From assembly GCA_044344255.1 (NCBI GenBank), contig JBIJDH010000017.1, positions 22,125 to 86,124 of the forward strand: a stretch of 64,000 bases of DNA, given 5' to 3'. Of the stretch, positions 9,647 through 18,643 are shown piece by piece. The position numbers and the translations under genes were made by a program. The notes under the pieces are model-generated. The model searched no databases and was not told where the DNA came from. It worked only from the letters and a program-made list of their open reading frames with translations. This stretch comes from Myxococcota bacterium (lineage in GTDB: Bacteria > Myxococcota_A > UBA796 > UBA2385). Each line of letters opens with the position of its first letter. The stretch's first letter is position 1.

Positions 9647-10513
9647 GTGCTCAAGCCGGGATCGCTCGTGATGGTCATCGCTCCCGCGGGGGTGCACGAC
9701 GCCGCTCGCCTCGAGGCGGGCATCCGCCTCATCGAGGGCTGGGGCCTGCGGGTGCGGCGCGCGCCCCACCTCGGTGACCGACACCGGTACACCGCTGGCA
9801 CCGACGCCGACCGCGCCGCCGACCTCCGGGCTGCCCTGCTCGATCCCGAAGTCGAGGCGGTCTGGTTCTCGCGCGGCGGCTTCGGCACCGTGCACACGCT
9901 GGCCAGCGTCCCCTGGCGGCGCCTCGACGAGCGGCCCATCATCGGCTTCTCGGACGCGACCGCGCTGTTCTCGGCGGGCCAGCGCCGGGGCCGCGGGCGC
10001 TTCGTCCACGGGCCGGTGCTGCACTCCCTCGCCGACACGCCGGACGCGGAGAGCGTGGAGGCCCTGCGCGCGCTGCTCTTCGAGGGGGCGCCCGCCCGGC
10101 TCGTCGGCCGCCACCTCTGCGGGCCCGCCGCGCCGGTAGAGGGCCCCGTGGTGGGTGGCAACCTCTGCGTGCTGGCCAGCCTCGCCGGCACCCGCTGGGC
10201 AGCCCGCAACGAGGGCCGTATCCTCCTCCTCGAAGACCTCGGCGAGCCCGCCTACAAGCTCGACCGCCTGCTCACCCAGCTCCAGCTCTCCGGCGCCCTC
10301 CGGGGGGTGGTCGGCGTCGCCCTCGGCGACTTCCTCCACGCCGATCCGCCCGCTGACGCCGGCTGGACGCTCGACGAGCTCTTCATCGATCGGCTCGGCC
10401 CCCTCGGCGTCCCCGTCCTCGCCGGCCTCCCCGTCGGCCACGCGTCCCGCAACCACGCCTGGATGGTCGGCGCCCGGGGCCGCCTCGCAGGGGGGGTGCT
10501 CCGTGTCGGCTGA
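9647..10513 (+). CDS. ldcA: LD-carboxypeptidase (peptidase S66)
   Basis: LKPGSLVMVIAPAG, SRGGFG, IGFSDAT, GGNL, LLLEDLGE, PVGH. GGAGG RBS. Confidence 0.9.
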   Translation: MLKPGSLVMVIAPAGVHDAARLEAGIRLIEGWGLRVRRAPHLGDRHRYTAGTDADRAADLRAALLDPEVEAVWFSRGGFGTVHTLASVPWRRLDERPIIGFSDATALFSAGQRRGRGRFVHGPVLHSLADTPDAESVEALRALLFEGAPARLVGRHLCGPAAPVEGPVVGGNLCVLASLAGTRWAARNEGRILLLEDLGEPAYKLDRLLTQLQLSGALRGVVGVALGDFLHADPPADAGWTLDELFIDRLGPLGVPVLAGLPVGHASRNHAWMVGARGRLAGGVLRVG

Positions 10514-11633
10514 TCGGGTGTCACCCGACCCCGAGTGGGCCGACGTCCGGGCCCTCCTCCAGACCGCCCACCAGCGCGGGGCCTTCGCCGGTTGCTCCCT
10601 CGCCGTCCGCGCCCGAGGCGGCCTCGCGGTGGACCTCGACCTCGGCGACGCCGAGCTCATCCCCCGCCGCCGCCCCGCCCTGCCCGGCCAGCCCTGGGAC
10701 CTGGCCAGCCTCACGAAGGTGCTGGCCACCACCGGCGTCGCCCTCGGCCTTCACCAGGCCGGCCGCCTCGACCTCGACGCGCCGTTGTCCCAGTGGCTCC
10801 CCGACGCGCCCCTGGGGGTCACCGCCGCCCACTGTCTGTCGCACGCGAGCGGCCTCCCCGCCTGGAACCGGCTCTACGACGCCGTCGTCCAGGCCGGCCT
10901 TCCCTGGGGCGGCGCCGAGGCCCGCGCCCTGGTCTATCGGCTCGCGCGCACCACCCCAGTGGTCGCCGCGCCGGGCGAGCGCCACCTCTACTCCGACCTC
11001 GGCTTCCTCCTCCTCGGCGCGGCCTGCGAGGCCGCGGGCGGCGATCGGTTCGACCGCCTCTATGAGCGCCTCGTGCGCGCCCCCTCCGGCGCCGACCTGC
11101 GCTGGGGCTGGCCGAACGCCGCCTCGACCGAGCACTGCCCCCTGCGGGGCGCCGTCATCACCGGCACCGTGCACGACCTCAACGCCGCCGTGATGGGCGG
11201 CCTCGCCCCCCATGCCGGCCTCTTCGGCAGCGCCGCCGAGGTGGCCGCCCAGGGCCTCTGGTGGCTGCGCGCCTTCGAGGGGGACCCGACCACCGGCCTC
11301 GATCCTGCCCTCGTCCGCCGCGCCTTCACGGCGGTGGGCCCGGGCAGCCACCATCTCGGCTGGGACGGCGTCACCCCCGGCGCCGCCTCGGCGGGCGCGG
11401 CCTGGCCACAGGACGGCGTGGGCCACCTCGGCTTCACCGGCTGCAGCCTCTGGATGGCGCCGCGACAGGGCCTCGTGGTCTGCCTGCTGTCCAATCGGGT
11501 GCACCCCGTGGTCGAGGGCGGGAGCGTGCCCGGCGCGCCGATCTCCGCTCGTTATGAGCTGCTCCGCGCCCTGCGGCCGGCCCTCCACACCGCCGTGCTG
11601 CAGGTGCCCACGGTGGCGCGCTACTTCAAGTAG
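10503..11633 (+). CDS. serine hydrolase, beta-lactamase/AmpC-like family
   Basis: SxxK (ASLTK), LSHASGLP, YSDLGF, VHDLNA, HAGLF, GHLGFTGCSLW, LSNRVHP. GTG 10503 overlaps the end of ldcA. Confidence 0.85.
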   Translation: MSADRVSPDPEWADVRALLQTAHQRGAFAGCSLAVRARGGLAVDLDLGDAELIPRRRPALPGQPWDLASLTKVLATTGVALGLHQAGRLDLDAPLSQWLPDAPLGVTAAHCLSHASGLPAWNRLYDAVVQAGLPWGGAEARALVYRLARTTPVVAAPGERHLYSDLGFLLLGAACEAAGGDRFDRLYERLVRAPSGADLRWGWPNAASTEHCPLRGAVITGTVHDLNAAVMGGLAPHAGLFGSAAEVAAQGLWWLRAFEGDPTTGLDPALVRRAFTAVGPGSHHLGWDGVTPGAASAGAAWPQDGVGHLGFTGCSLWMAPRQGLVVCLLSNRVHPVVEGGSVPGAPISARYELLRALRPALHTAVLQVPTVARYFK

Positions 11634-12076
11634 GAGAATCCGCCGCGCGGCATCGCGGAGACCGCGGAGAAGACGAGCCAGAGCGCGCAGGGCACCGCCG
11701 CGGCGACCCCAAAGACAAGGGCGCCGCTCACGAGGGGCCCGAGCAGCATCAGCGTGTCGAACAGCAGGTGCGCGAACAGGCGGCCGCGCCCGATGCGATC
11801 ACGCCGCCGCTGGAACAGCCGGGCCACGATCTTCGCCTGTCCGCCGCAGTGCCAGGTGTCAAAGTGCTGGCAGCGCCGACAGACCGTGAGGCTCGACTCC
11901 AGCCACCACAGCGCGCCGAGCGCCAGATAGGCGACGAGATAGCCGACACCGAGCTGATAGAGGGAGACGACGCCCACCGACAGGTAGAGCGGCGTGGTGA
12001 TCAGGGCGAGGCGAAAGCTCGTGGGCGACATCCAACGATCGAGTCCGAGGCGGAGGATGCCCGGGCGGTCACTCAT
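11621..12076 (-). CDS. small membrane protein with CxxC-x6-C motif
   Basis: About 4 hydrophobic helices and VCRRCQHFDTWHCGG. Overlaps upstream gene 12069..12599 on the same strand. Confidence 0.6.
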   Translation of the reverse strand: MSDRPGILRLGLDRWMSPTSFRLALITTPLYLSVGVVSLYQLGVGYLVAYLALGALWWLESSLTVCRRCQHFDTWHCGGQAKIVARLFQRRRDRIGRGRLFAHLLFDTLMLLGPLVSGALVFGVAAAVPCALWLVFSAVSAMPRGGFSYLK

Positions 12077-12599
12077 AATAGACGAGCTCCCAGGTGGCGC
12101 CCTGATAGGCGATCAACACCGGCCCCACGCCCGCGGCGTAGACCGCCTCCCCGGCCCAGTCGCCGCCCTCCACCGAGACCGTGAGGGTGTCCGGGAAGGT
12201 GCCATACCAGGTCGTCGCCTCGCCCTCGGCGACCACCTCGCAGCCCTCACCCGCGCCGCCCACGTTCTGGTTCTCGGGGATGAGCTGGTCGTCGTTGAGC
12301 CAGAGTCCATCGTCTGTCGCGTACAGATAGGAGGCGACCGGGGCGGCGTCGGCCCAGCGCTCGCCGAGGCGCAGGGTCCAGGTACCCTCCTCCATGCGGA
12401 GCGACAGGGGAGGCTCATCGGGGAGGCCCAGGGGGGCGAATTCGATGCGGCGGCCCTCGGCGCCCCAATAGGCCTGGGCGCTCACCGGCTCGCGGGGCGC
12501 AGCGGCGCAGCCCGCGGCGAGGAGGGCGGCCGACAGGGTAGCCGACAGGGTAGCCGACAGGGCGGCGCCGAGGCCAGGCGGCCGCCAGACGGGGGTCAC
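12069..12599 (-). CDS. hypothetical lipoprotein
   Basis: Lipobox LAAGC, C-terminal YAAGVGPV...WELV. GTGA-coupled to the upstream gene. Confidence 0.6.
   Translation of the reverse strand: MTPVWRPPGLGAALSATLSATLSAALLAAGCAAAPREPVSAQAYWGAEGRRIEFAPLGLPDEPPLSLRMEEGTWTLRLGERWADAAPVASYLYATDDGLWLNDDQLIPENQNVGGAGEGCEVVAEGEATTWYGTFPDTLTVSVEGGDWAGEAVYAAGVGPVLIAYQGATWELVYYE
12529..12562. repeat. 12-bp tandem repeat (~3 copies) inside a signal peptide
   Basis: (gccgacagggta)n encodes LSATLSATLSA on the minus strand. Confidence 0.6.
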
Positions 12600-14299
12600 T
12601 CTTCCGCCCAGACGGGGATGTGGTTGTTCTGCGCTGGGTCCTGGTTGGGCAGCCAGAAGGCGGGGAAGCTCGGGTCAGCCCCCGCCTCGGCGCGGGCGGG
12701 ATCGAAGGCTGCCACCCACACCTGCGGGATGCCGACGATGACGCCCCCATAGGCGCGCTTCGAGGAGAAGGCGAGCCAGAGGATGTCATCGTCGGGGAGC
12801 GGCCCCCACTTGGGCCAGGAATTGGTGATGCCCCCCACCTGATTGGCGGCTTCGAGGGGGATCATCACCGCGCCGTCGGCGGAGAGCACGTGGAGGGCCG
12901 CGTCTTCGTCGTCATAGGTGTCGCCGGTGGAGGTGTTGAAGGCGATCCAGGCCCCATCGGGCGACCAGGCCGGGTAATAGGCGTTCATCCCCGCGGGCGG
13001 GGTGTAGAGGGTGACCGGCGCGCCGAACTGGTCGTCGCCCAGGTAGTCCATCACCGCGATGCGGTCGCCGGTGGAGCTCCAGTCGAGGGCGTGCTCGGTG
13101 GTGAGCGTCAGGGCGACGGCCCCGCCGTCGGGTGACCAGTCGACGTGCGTGGCGGTGCCGCCGGTGGCCACCTCGGAGATGAGCGCGCCTGTGAGCCCAT
13201 CGTAGAGGAGCAGCGCCCCGTTGTACGTGGTGAGCAGCCGGCTCCCGTCGGGCGAGAAGGCCTTGAAGTTGCCGAGCACACCGGCGTCGTGGCCGACCAC
13301 CGTGGCCCCGCTGTCCATGTCGTAGAGGCCGAGGGGGCCGTTGCCGCCGTCGTAGGTGAAGGCCATGCGGCCCTGGCTCGAGACCACATGACAGGCGACA
13401 CAGTAGCCGCTCGTGGCCGAGGTGTAATAGTCCTCGGCGAGGCCGCCGTACGGGAGCCGCTTGACGCCGGCCGCAGACGAGCTCCAGTAGTAGATGCTGC
13501 CCCGGCCGTCCATCCGGTTGATGTGGATCGTGCGCTGCGGCCCGCCCCAGACCCCGGTGTCGGTGGCGGCGAAGAGCCCCACCTTCACGGTGCCCCCGGC
13601 GTTGGTGCTCGCGATCTCCTGCCAGGTGGCCTCGTCGGCGATCCAGGAGGTGCCGGTGGTGTAGACGCGGAGGTCCATCGTCTCGGATTGGAAGCGGAGG
13701 TACCAGGCCACCACGGGCTCGACGAGGTTGGCGCCGGTCCACTGGAACTCGATGCTCGGCGTGTTGCGGGGGAGGTTGACCCCGTCCTCCGGATAGAGCC
13801 AGAGGGAGGCGTCCTGGGGCTCTCCCTGGAAGAGGCTCGGGTCTGTCCCGGGCTCGACCCACTCCTCCTCGTACTTCACCGTGAGGGTCGACTCCCCCTC
13901 CACGTTGTTCAGGCGGGCCCGCACATACGTTACACCGCCGTTCTCCACAGAGGGAACAAAATAGCCTGTCTCGTCAATCGAGCCGGTGGAGTTGTTGGAC
14001 AGGGTCCACTCGGCGACATCGAGGCGGAGGATGGAGCCGTCGTCGAGGGTGGCCTTGGCCTCGAACTGGACGGGCGCGCCGCCGTCGGGGCCGGTGCTGG
14101 CGGCGGCCGTGCCAGGCTCGACGTGGATCGAGATCAGCGCCCGCTGGCTGTCCTGGGCGGGGAACTCCTCCGAGCAGCCAGCCCACAGCGCAGCGCCGAG
14201 CAGCCCGACCCCCGCGGGGGCGCCCAGACGGCGCACCGGGAGGGTGGTGAGGCGATCGTGTGTTTCACCGGCGGGGCGACCGGGGAGGAGAGCGGGCAT
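12596..14299 (-). CDS. lipoprotein with Ig-like domain and TolB/PD40-like beta-propeller
   Basis: Lipobox LWAGC, Ig-like segment, LYPEDGVNLPRN, GSIYYWS, CVACH, AFSPDG, WSPDG, YYPAWSPDG, NSWPKW, PAFWLPNQD. Confidence 0.8.
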   Translation of the reverse strand: MPALLPGRPAGETHDRLTTLPVRRLGAPAGVGLLGAALWAGCSEEFPAQDSQRALISIHVEPGTAAASTGPDGGAPVQFEAKATLDDGSILRLDVAEWTLSNNSTGSIDETGYFVPSVENGGVTYVRARLNNVEGESTLTVKYEEEWVEPGTDPSLFQGEPQDASLWLYPEDGVNLPRNTPSIEFQWTGANLVEPVVAWYLRFQSETMDLRVYTTGTSWIADEATWQEIASTNAGGTVKVGLFAATDTGVWGGPQRTIHINRMDGRGSIYYWSSSAAGVKRLPYGGLAEDYYTSATSGYCVACHVVSSQGRMAFTYDGGNGPLGLYDMDSGATVVGHDAGVLGNFKAFSPDGSRLLTTYNGALLLYDGLTGALISEVATGGTATHVDWSPDGGAVALTLTTEHALDWSSTGDRIAVMDYLGDDQFGAPVTLYTPPAGMNAYYPAWSPDGAWIAFNTSTGDTYDDEDAALHVLSADGAVMIPLEAANQVGGITNSWPKWGPLPDDDILWLAFSSKRAYGGVIVGIPQVWVAAFDPARAEAGADPSFPAFWLPNQDPAQNNHIPVWAEE

Positions 14300-14337
14300 G
14301 GCTTCCCGGGGGTGGCCCCGCAGTCTATCATCCGGCC

Positions 14338-15342
14338 ATGGCCCCGTCCGACTCCCGCGCCCGCCCCCTTGCCCGCCGCCGTTCGGGCCGCGCCCGCCCC
14401 CTCGCGGTGGGGTTGCTCGGCCTGCACGCGGGCTGCTCGGACTACGAGGTCAAGGAGGTCGGCTTCGGCGACGAGTTCCACCAGGCCGGGGAGGTGGTCC
14501 CCGCCGACATCCTCTTCGTGGTCGACGACTCCGCCTCGATGGTCGAGGAGCAGGCCCGCCTCGCCGAGAACTTCCTCTCCTTCGTGGCCGTGATCAGCGA
14601 CACCACGGTCGACTTCCAGCTCGGAGTCACCACCACCGACGCCACCGCCGCGCCCGGGCTGCTCGGCCCCGTGCTGAGCCCCGAGACGCCCGACATCGAG
14701 GCCGCCTTCCTCGACCAGGTCACCGTCGGCACCCGCGGCAGCCGCGACGAGCAGGGCCTCCAGGCGGCGCTCGGCACGCTCAACCCCACGGTCACCCCGG
14801 GCTTCATCCGCCCCGACGCGAAGCTCGGCATCGTCGTCTTCTCCGACGAGGACGATCACAGCGCGGAGGCGGCCTCCTTCTACGTCACCGAGCTCCGCTC
14901 GCTCGCCGGCAGCTCGGGGGTCGCCATCCACTCCATCGTCGGCGACGTGCCGGACGGCTGCGTCAACGGGGTCTCCGCGGCTGACCCCGGCGCTCGCTAC
15001 CTCGAGGCCACGGCGCTCTCCGAGGGGCTGTCCTGGTCGATCTGCGATGACGCCTACGCCACGATCCTCACCCGGGTGGCCTTCGAGATCTCTGGCTGGA
15101 CCGACACCTTCCACCTCTCCGACCTGCCCGAAGAGGAGAGCATCGTGGTCACCGTCGACGACGTCGAGATCCCGGGCCGCGACGAGGACGGCTGGACCTA
15201 CTCCCTCGGCGACAACGCCATCGTCTTCCACGGCCGCGCCGTGCCCCGCCCGGGGATGATCATCCGCGTGGACTACGAGATCGCCGAGGGCACCCTGTCG
15301 GGCTCGGGCTCGGGCTCGGGCTCGGCATCGGAGGCGCCCTGA
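14338..15342 (+). CDS. VWA-domain lipoprotein
   Basis: Lipobox LHAGC, MIDAS-like DILFVVDDSASM, GVTTTD, VFSDEDD. Ends in a GS repeat. Confidence 0.8.
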   Translation: MAPSDSRARPLARRRSGRARPLAVGLLGLHAGCSDYEVKEVGFGDEFHQAGEVVPADILFVVDDSASMVEEQARLAENFLSFVAVISDTTVDFQLGVTTTDATAAPGLLGPVLSPETPDIEAAFLDQVTVGTRGSRDEQGLQAALGTLNPTVTPGFIRPDAKLGIVVFSDEDDHSAEAASFYVTELRSLAGSSGVAIHSIVGDVPDGCVNGVSAADPGARYLEATALSEGLSWSICDDAYATILTRVAFEISGWTDTFHLSDLPEEESIVVTVDDVEIPGRDEDGWTYSLGDNAIVFHGRAVPRPGMIIRVDYEIAEGTLSGSGSGSGSASEAP

Positions 15343-15387
15343 GGGCGCTCTTCCGGGTATAGAAGGGGCCTTGATCGAGAGGTCCCC

Positions 15388-17964
15388 TTGACGCGTCCCC
15401 AGATCCTCCTGTCCCGCTCGGCTACCCCGACGTCGGCCCTCCTGATCGGGGCGCTCCTCCTCGCGGCCGCCTGCCGGTCGGCGAGCACCGGAAAGGACTC
15501 CGGTGCGCCCGAGGGCGAGCTCGCCGAAGACGGCGACGGTGACGGCGTCCCCGCCTCCGAGGACTGCGACGACGCCGACGCCTCGATCTCCCCCGGCGCG
15601 ACCGAGATCTGCGACGGTGTCGACAATGACTGCGACGGCGCCGTGGACGAAGCCGTGACGGGCACCTGGTACGTCGACGCCGACGAGGACGGCTTCGGGG
15701 ACGAGGCGGTGCCGGTCGAGGCCTGCGAGGCGCCGCCCGGCAGCGTCTCCAACCACACCGACTGCGACGACGAAGACGAGCTCGTCTATCCCGGCGCCTT
15801 CGACTTCTGCGACGAGAAGGACAACGACTGCGACGAGGAGATCGACGAGGACGAACCGCTCACCTGGTACGCCGACGCCGACGCCGACGGCTGGGGGGAC
15901 GCCGACGCGCGCGTCCTCTCTTGCAGCCAGCCCGAGGGCTACACCGCCGACGATGGCGACTGCGACGACACGAGCGACGCCGCCTTCCCCGGCCACGCCG
16001 AGCTCTGCGACGAGATCGACAACAACTGTGACGGCGACGTCGACGAGGGGGTGCGCCAGACCTTCTACGAAGACCGCGACACCGATGGATATGGTCGCCT
16101 CGACGCCACAACCGAGGCCTGCGTCTCCCCCGAGGGCTACGCCGCCCTGTCCGGGGACTGCGATGATGACGACCCCGCCTACAACCCCGGGGCCGCCGAG
16201 GCCGACTGCGCCGATCCGAATGACTACAACTGTGACGGGAGCGTGGGCTACGCCGACGCCGACGCCGACGGCTGGGCCGCCTGCGTGGAGTGTGACGACG
16301 CCGACGAGGCCGTCCACCCCGCCGCCACGGAGGTCTGCGACGGCAAGGACGACGACTGCGACGGCCTCAGCGACGACCTCGACCCCAGCCTCGACCTCGC
16401 CACCGCCCTCTCCTGGTACGCCGACACCGACAGCGACACCTATGGCGATCCGTCCGCCCTCACCGTCTCTTGTTTGGCCCCCGCCGGCGCCGTGGCCGAC
16501 GACCGCGACTGCGACGACGCGCAGGCCAGCGTGAACCCGGCCGGCGTCGAGCTCTGTAACGAACAGGACGACGACTGCGACACGCTCATTGACGAGGGGG
16601 TCGGCACGACCTTCTGGCTCGACGCCGACGCCGATTCCTACGGCGACGCCGCGGCCCCCACGGTCGAGTGTACGCTGCCCACCGGCCACTCCACCAACGA
16701 CGACGACTGTGACGACAGCGACCCCCTCGTCTACCCCGGGGCCCCGGAGCGGGCAGACGGCGAAGACGACGACTGCGACGGCACCATCGACGACCACACC
16801 TGGATTGGCACCGGCGTCGACGGCGCCCTCTCGGTGACCGGGGTGACCGTCCTGTCCGATGCCTGGCCGGTCCTGGCGCTCGGCGCCGACACCGTCACGC
16901 TGGCCAGCAGCCCCGGCCTCTCGGTCGGCGACGAGGTGCTGCTCATCAACATGCACGGCTCCGACGCCGCCCACAGCCACGTCGGCGTGTACGAATTCGC
17001 CTTCGTGGGCGCGGTGTCCGGAGACACCGTCACCCTCGACGCGCCGCTCTCCGGGATCTACGGTGAGGCCACCAACAGCGACCTCTCGGGTCAGGCGCTG
17101 CAGCTCGTCCGGGTCGGACAATACACAGACGTCACCGTGGCGGCGACCGGCCTCCTCACCGCCGAGGCCTGGGACGGCAGCACGGGCGGCGTGCTCGCCC
17201 TCCGCGCCACCGGCACGGTCTCCGTGCTCACCGGCGGCGCCATCTCGGTCGACGAGCTCGGCTACGCCGGCGGCGCGACGGGGACCTGCTCGGGCTGCGA
17301 CGCCTTCCAAGGGGAGTCTTACGCCGGGTCTGGGGACGGCAACCTCCCCTCGATCGCCGGCTATTACGGAAACTATGCCGCGGGTTACTACCTGAACAAT
17401 TACGGTGGCGGCGGGGCGATGATCACGGGCGCGGGCGGCGAGCACGGCGGCGGCGCTACCGACGGCGGCTCCTGGTACCCAGGTATCTACCCCGCCCCCG
17501 AGAGCGGGCAGCCCTACGGCACCGCCAGCCTGTCGACCCTCTTTTTTGGCTCTGGCGGCGCGGGCGTCTGGAACGGCAGCTCATCGCCGGGATCGGGCGG
17601 AGACGGGGCGGGCATCGTCTACGTGGCAGCCCAGGACGTCGTGCTCGCCGGGAGCGCCGCCCTCTCCGCGATCGGCGGCACCACCACCGCATGGGCCACC
17701 GGGAGCTGGACCTACGGCGCAGGCGGCGGGGCGGGCGGCTCCGTCTGGCTGATCGGCGACACGCTGACACTCTCCACCGGCTCCGTGGAGGCCAGCGGCG
17801 GCTTCGGGGAGTCCACCCACATCCGCGTCGGTGGGGACGGCGGCGTGGGGCGGGTGCGCGTGCAGTACAGCAGCCTCAACGGGGCGGCTTACGGCACGAC
17901 CGCCGACACCGTCGAGCAGCAGGCCGCCTGTACGCCCGACGCGGGCTCGGTGGCCGCGCCCTGA
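15388..17964 (+). CDS. large surface lipoprotein: 7 DCDD (MopE-like) repeats plus Gly-rich adhesin-like C-terminal domain
   Basis: Lipobox LAAAC. 7 units of (D/E)CDD-x5-P-x3-E-x-C-x4-(N/D)(D/N)CD with WYxDxDxDG(F/Y/W)G spacers. Then GDEVLLINM...GVYE, WDGSTGGVLA, GGGAGGSVWL, GGDGGVGRVR. Confidence 0.85.
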   Translation: MTRPQILLSRSATPTSALLIGALLLAAACRSASTGKDSGAPEGELAEDGDGDGVPASEDCDDADASISPGATEICDGVDNDCDGAVDEAVTGTWYVDADEDGFGDEAVPVEACEAPPGSVSNHTDCDDEDELVYPGAFDFCDEKDNDCDEEIDEDEPLTWYADADADGWGDADARVLSCSQPEGYTADDGDCDDTSDAAFPGHAELCDEIDNNCDGDVDEGVRQTFYEDRDTDGYGRLDATTEACVSPEGYAALSGDCDDDDPAYNPGAAEADCADPNDYNCDGSVGYADADADGWAACVECDDADEAVHPAATEVCDGKDDDCDGLSDDLDPSLDLATALSWYADTDSDTYGDPSALTVSCLAPAGAVADDRDCDDAQASVNPAGVELCNEQDDDCDTLIDEGVGTTFWLDADADSYGDAAAPTVECTLPTGHSTNDDDCDDSDPLVYPGAPERADGEDDDCDGTIDDHTWIGTGVDGALSVTGVTVLSDAWPVLALGADTVTLASSPGLSVGDEVLLINMHGSDAAHSHVGVYEFAFVGAVSGDTVTLDAPLSGIYGEATNSDLSGQALQLVRVGQYTDVTVAATGLLTAEAWDGSTGGVLALRATGTVSVLTGGAISVDELGYAGGATGTCSGCDAFQGESYAGSGDGNLPSIAGYYGNYAAGYYLNNYGGGGAMITGAGGEHGGGATDGGSWYPGIYPAPESGQPYGTASLSTLFFGSGGAGVWNGSSSPGSGGDGAGIVYVAAQDVVLAGSAALSAIGGTTTAWATGSWTYGAGGGAGGSVWLIGDTLTLSTGSVEASGGFGESTHIRVGGDGGVGRVRVQYSSLNGAAYGTTADTVEQQAACTPDAGSVAAP

Positions 17965-18003
17965 GCGGCGCCCCCTCCGGGCTCCACCGCGGTTGCCCCC
18001 CGC

Positions 18004-18612
18004 TCACCGGGCCAGCAGCCACCGGACGAGCGTGACGAGCGCCCAGAGGCCGAAGGCAGCCGCGAGCAGCTGGACCACCGCCGAGCCTACCATCAGCCGG
18101 AGCGGCACCGGCCGGGCCAACGTGGGCGGCGGCGGCGCACGGGTCCAGGTGCGAGACTCGGCAGGGGGCGGCGGCGGCGCGTCGAGGGGCAGGCGGGCGC
18201 CTCGGCGCTGGAAGAGCAAGCGGCGGAGGGCGTCGGCGCGGTCCGCCTCGGTGTCGAACGAGATCGAGGGAGCCCCCTCGAGGCCCTCGGGGAGCTGAGC
18301 GGCCTCCCCGACGCGCAGCAAGAAGATCCCGACGTCTCCTCGGCGCAGCATGGCGGCGATCAGCGCGGCCTCCCAGGTCCCGGAGGCGTCGTCGGGCTCC
18401 CTCTCTCCGGCCGGCAGCACGAGGCGGAGGATCCCCTCACAGCGGGTCATGGCGAGGAGGCGCTCGCCGGCCGAGCCGTCGACGGGGGGCTCACACCAGC
18501 GATCGAGCCAGACCTCGACGCCCCCCTCGCGGAGCTGCGCCGCGAGGCCGAGCGCGACCTCGGCGGCCCCGGCCGGGTAGCTGAGCCAGACGGTAGGCGT
18601 GGGGAGGCGCAT
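18004..18612 (-). CDS. TIR/SEFIR-like domain protein with C-terminal TM helix
   Basis: VWLSY...ALGLAAQLREGGVEVWLDRW matches a TIR_2-type N-terminus. Pro-rich linker and hydrophobic C-terminus. Confidence 0.6.
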   Translation of the reverse strand: MRLPTPTVWLSYPAGAAEVALGLAAQLREGGVEVWLDRWCEPPVDGSAGERLLAMTRCEGILRLVLPAGEREPDDASGTWEAALIAAMLRRGDVGIFLLRVGEAAQLPEGLEGAPSISFDTEADRADALRRLLFQRRGARLPLDAPPPPPAESRTWTRAPPPPTLARPVPLRLMVGSAVVQLLAAAFGLWALVTLVRWLLAR

Positions 18613-18643
18613 CCCGGCGCTCTAACCGCGGCTCGGACGGAGA

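Noticed and set aside
7834-11633. antibiotic-resistance beta-lactamases (MBL fold and SxxK protein)
   Set aside because: Motifs fit YtnP-like hydrolases and generic serine hydrolases, not characterised beta-lactamases.
13386-13402. c-type cytochrome call from CVACH
   Set aside because: Single motif at the start of a beta-propeller with no cytochrome context; may be structural.
14134-17445. 1103-aa minus-strand ORF
   Set aside because: Antisense shadow of the VWA and DCDD-repeat genes. No motifs; typical of high-GC codon bias.
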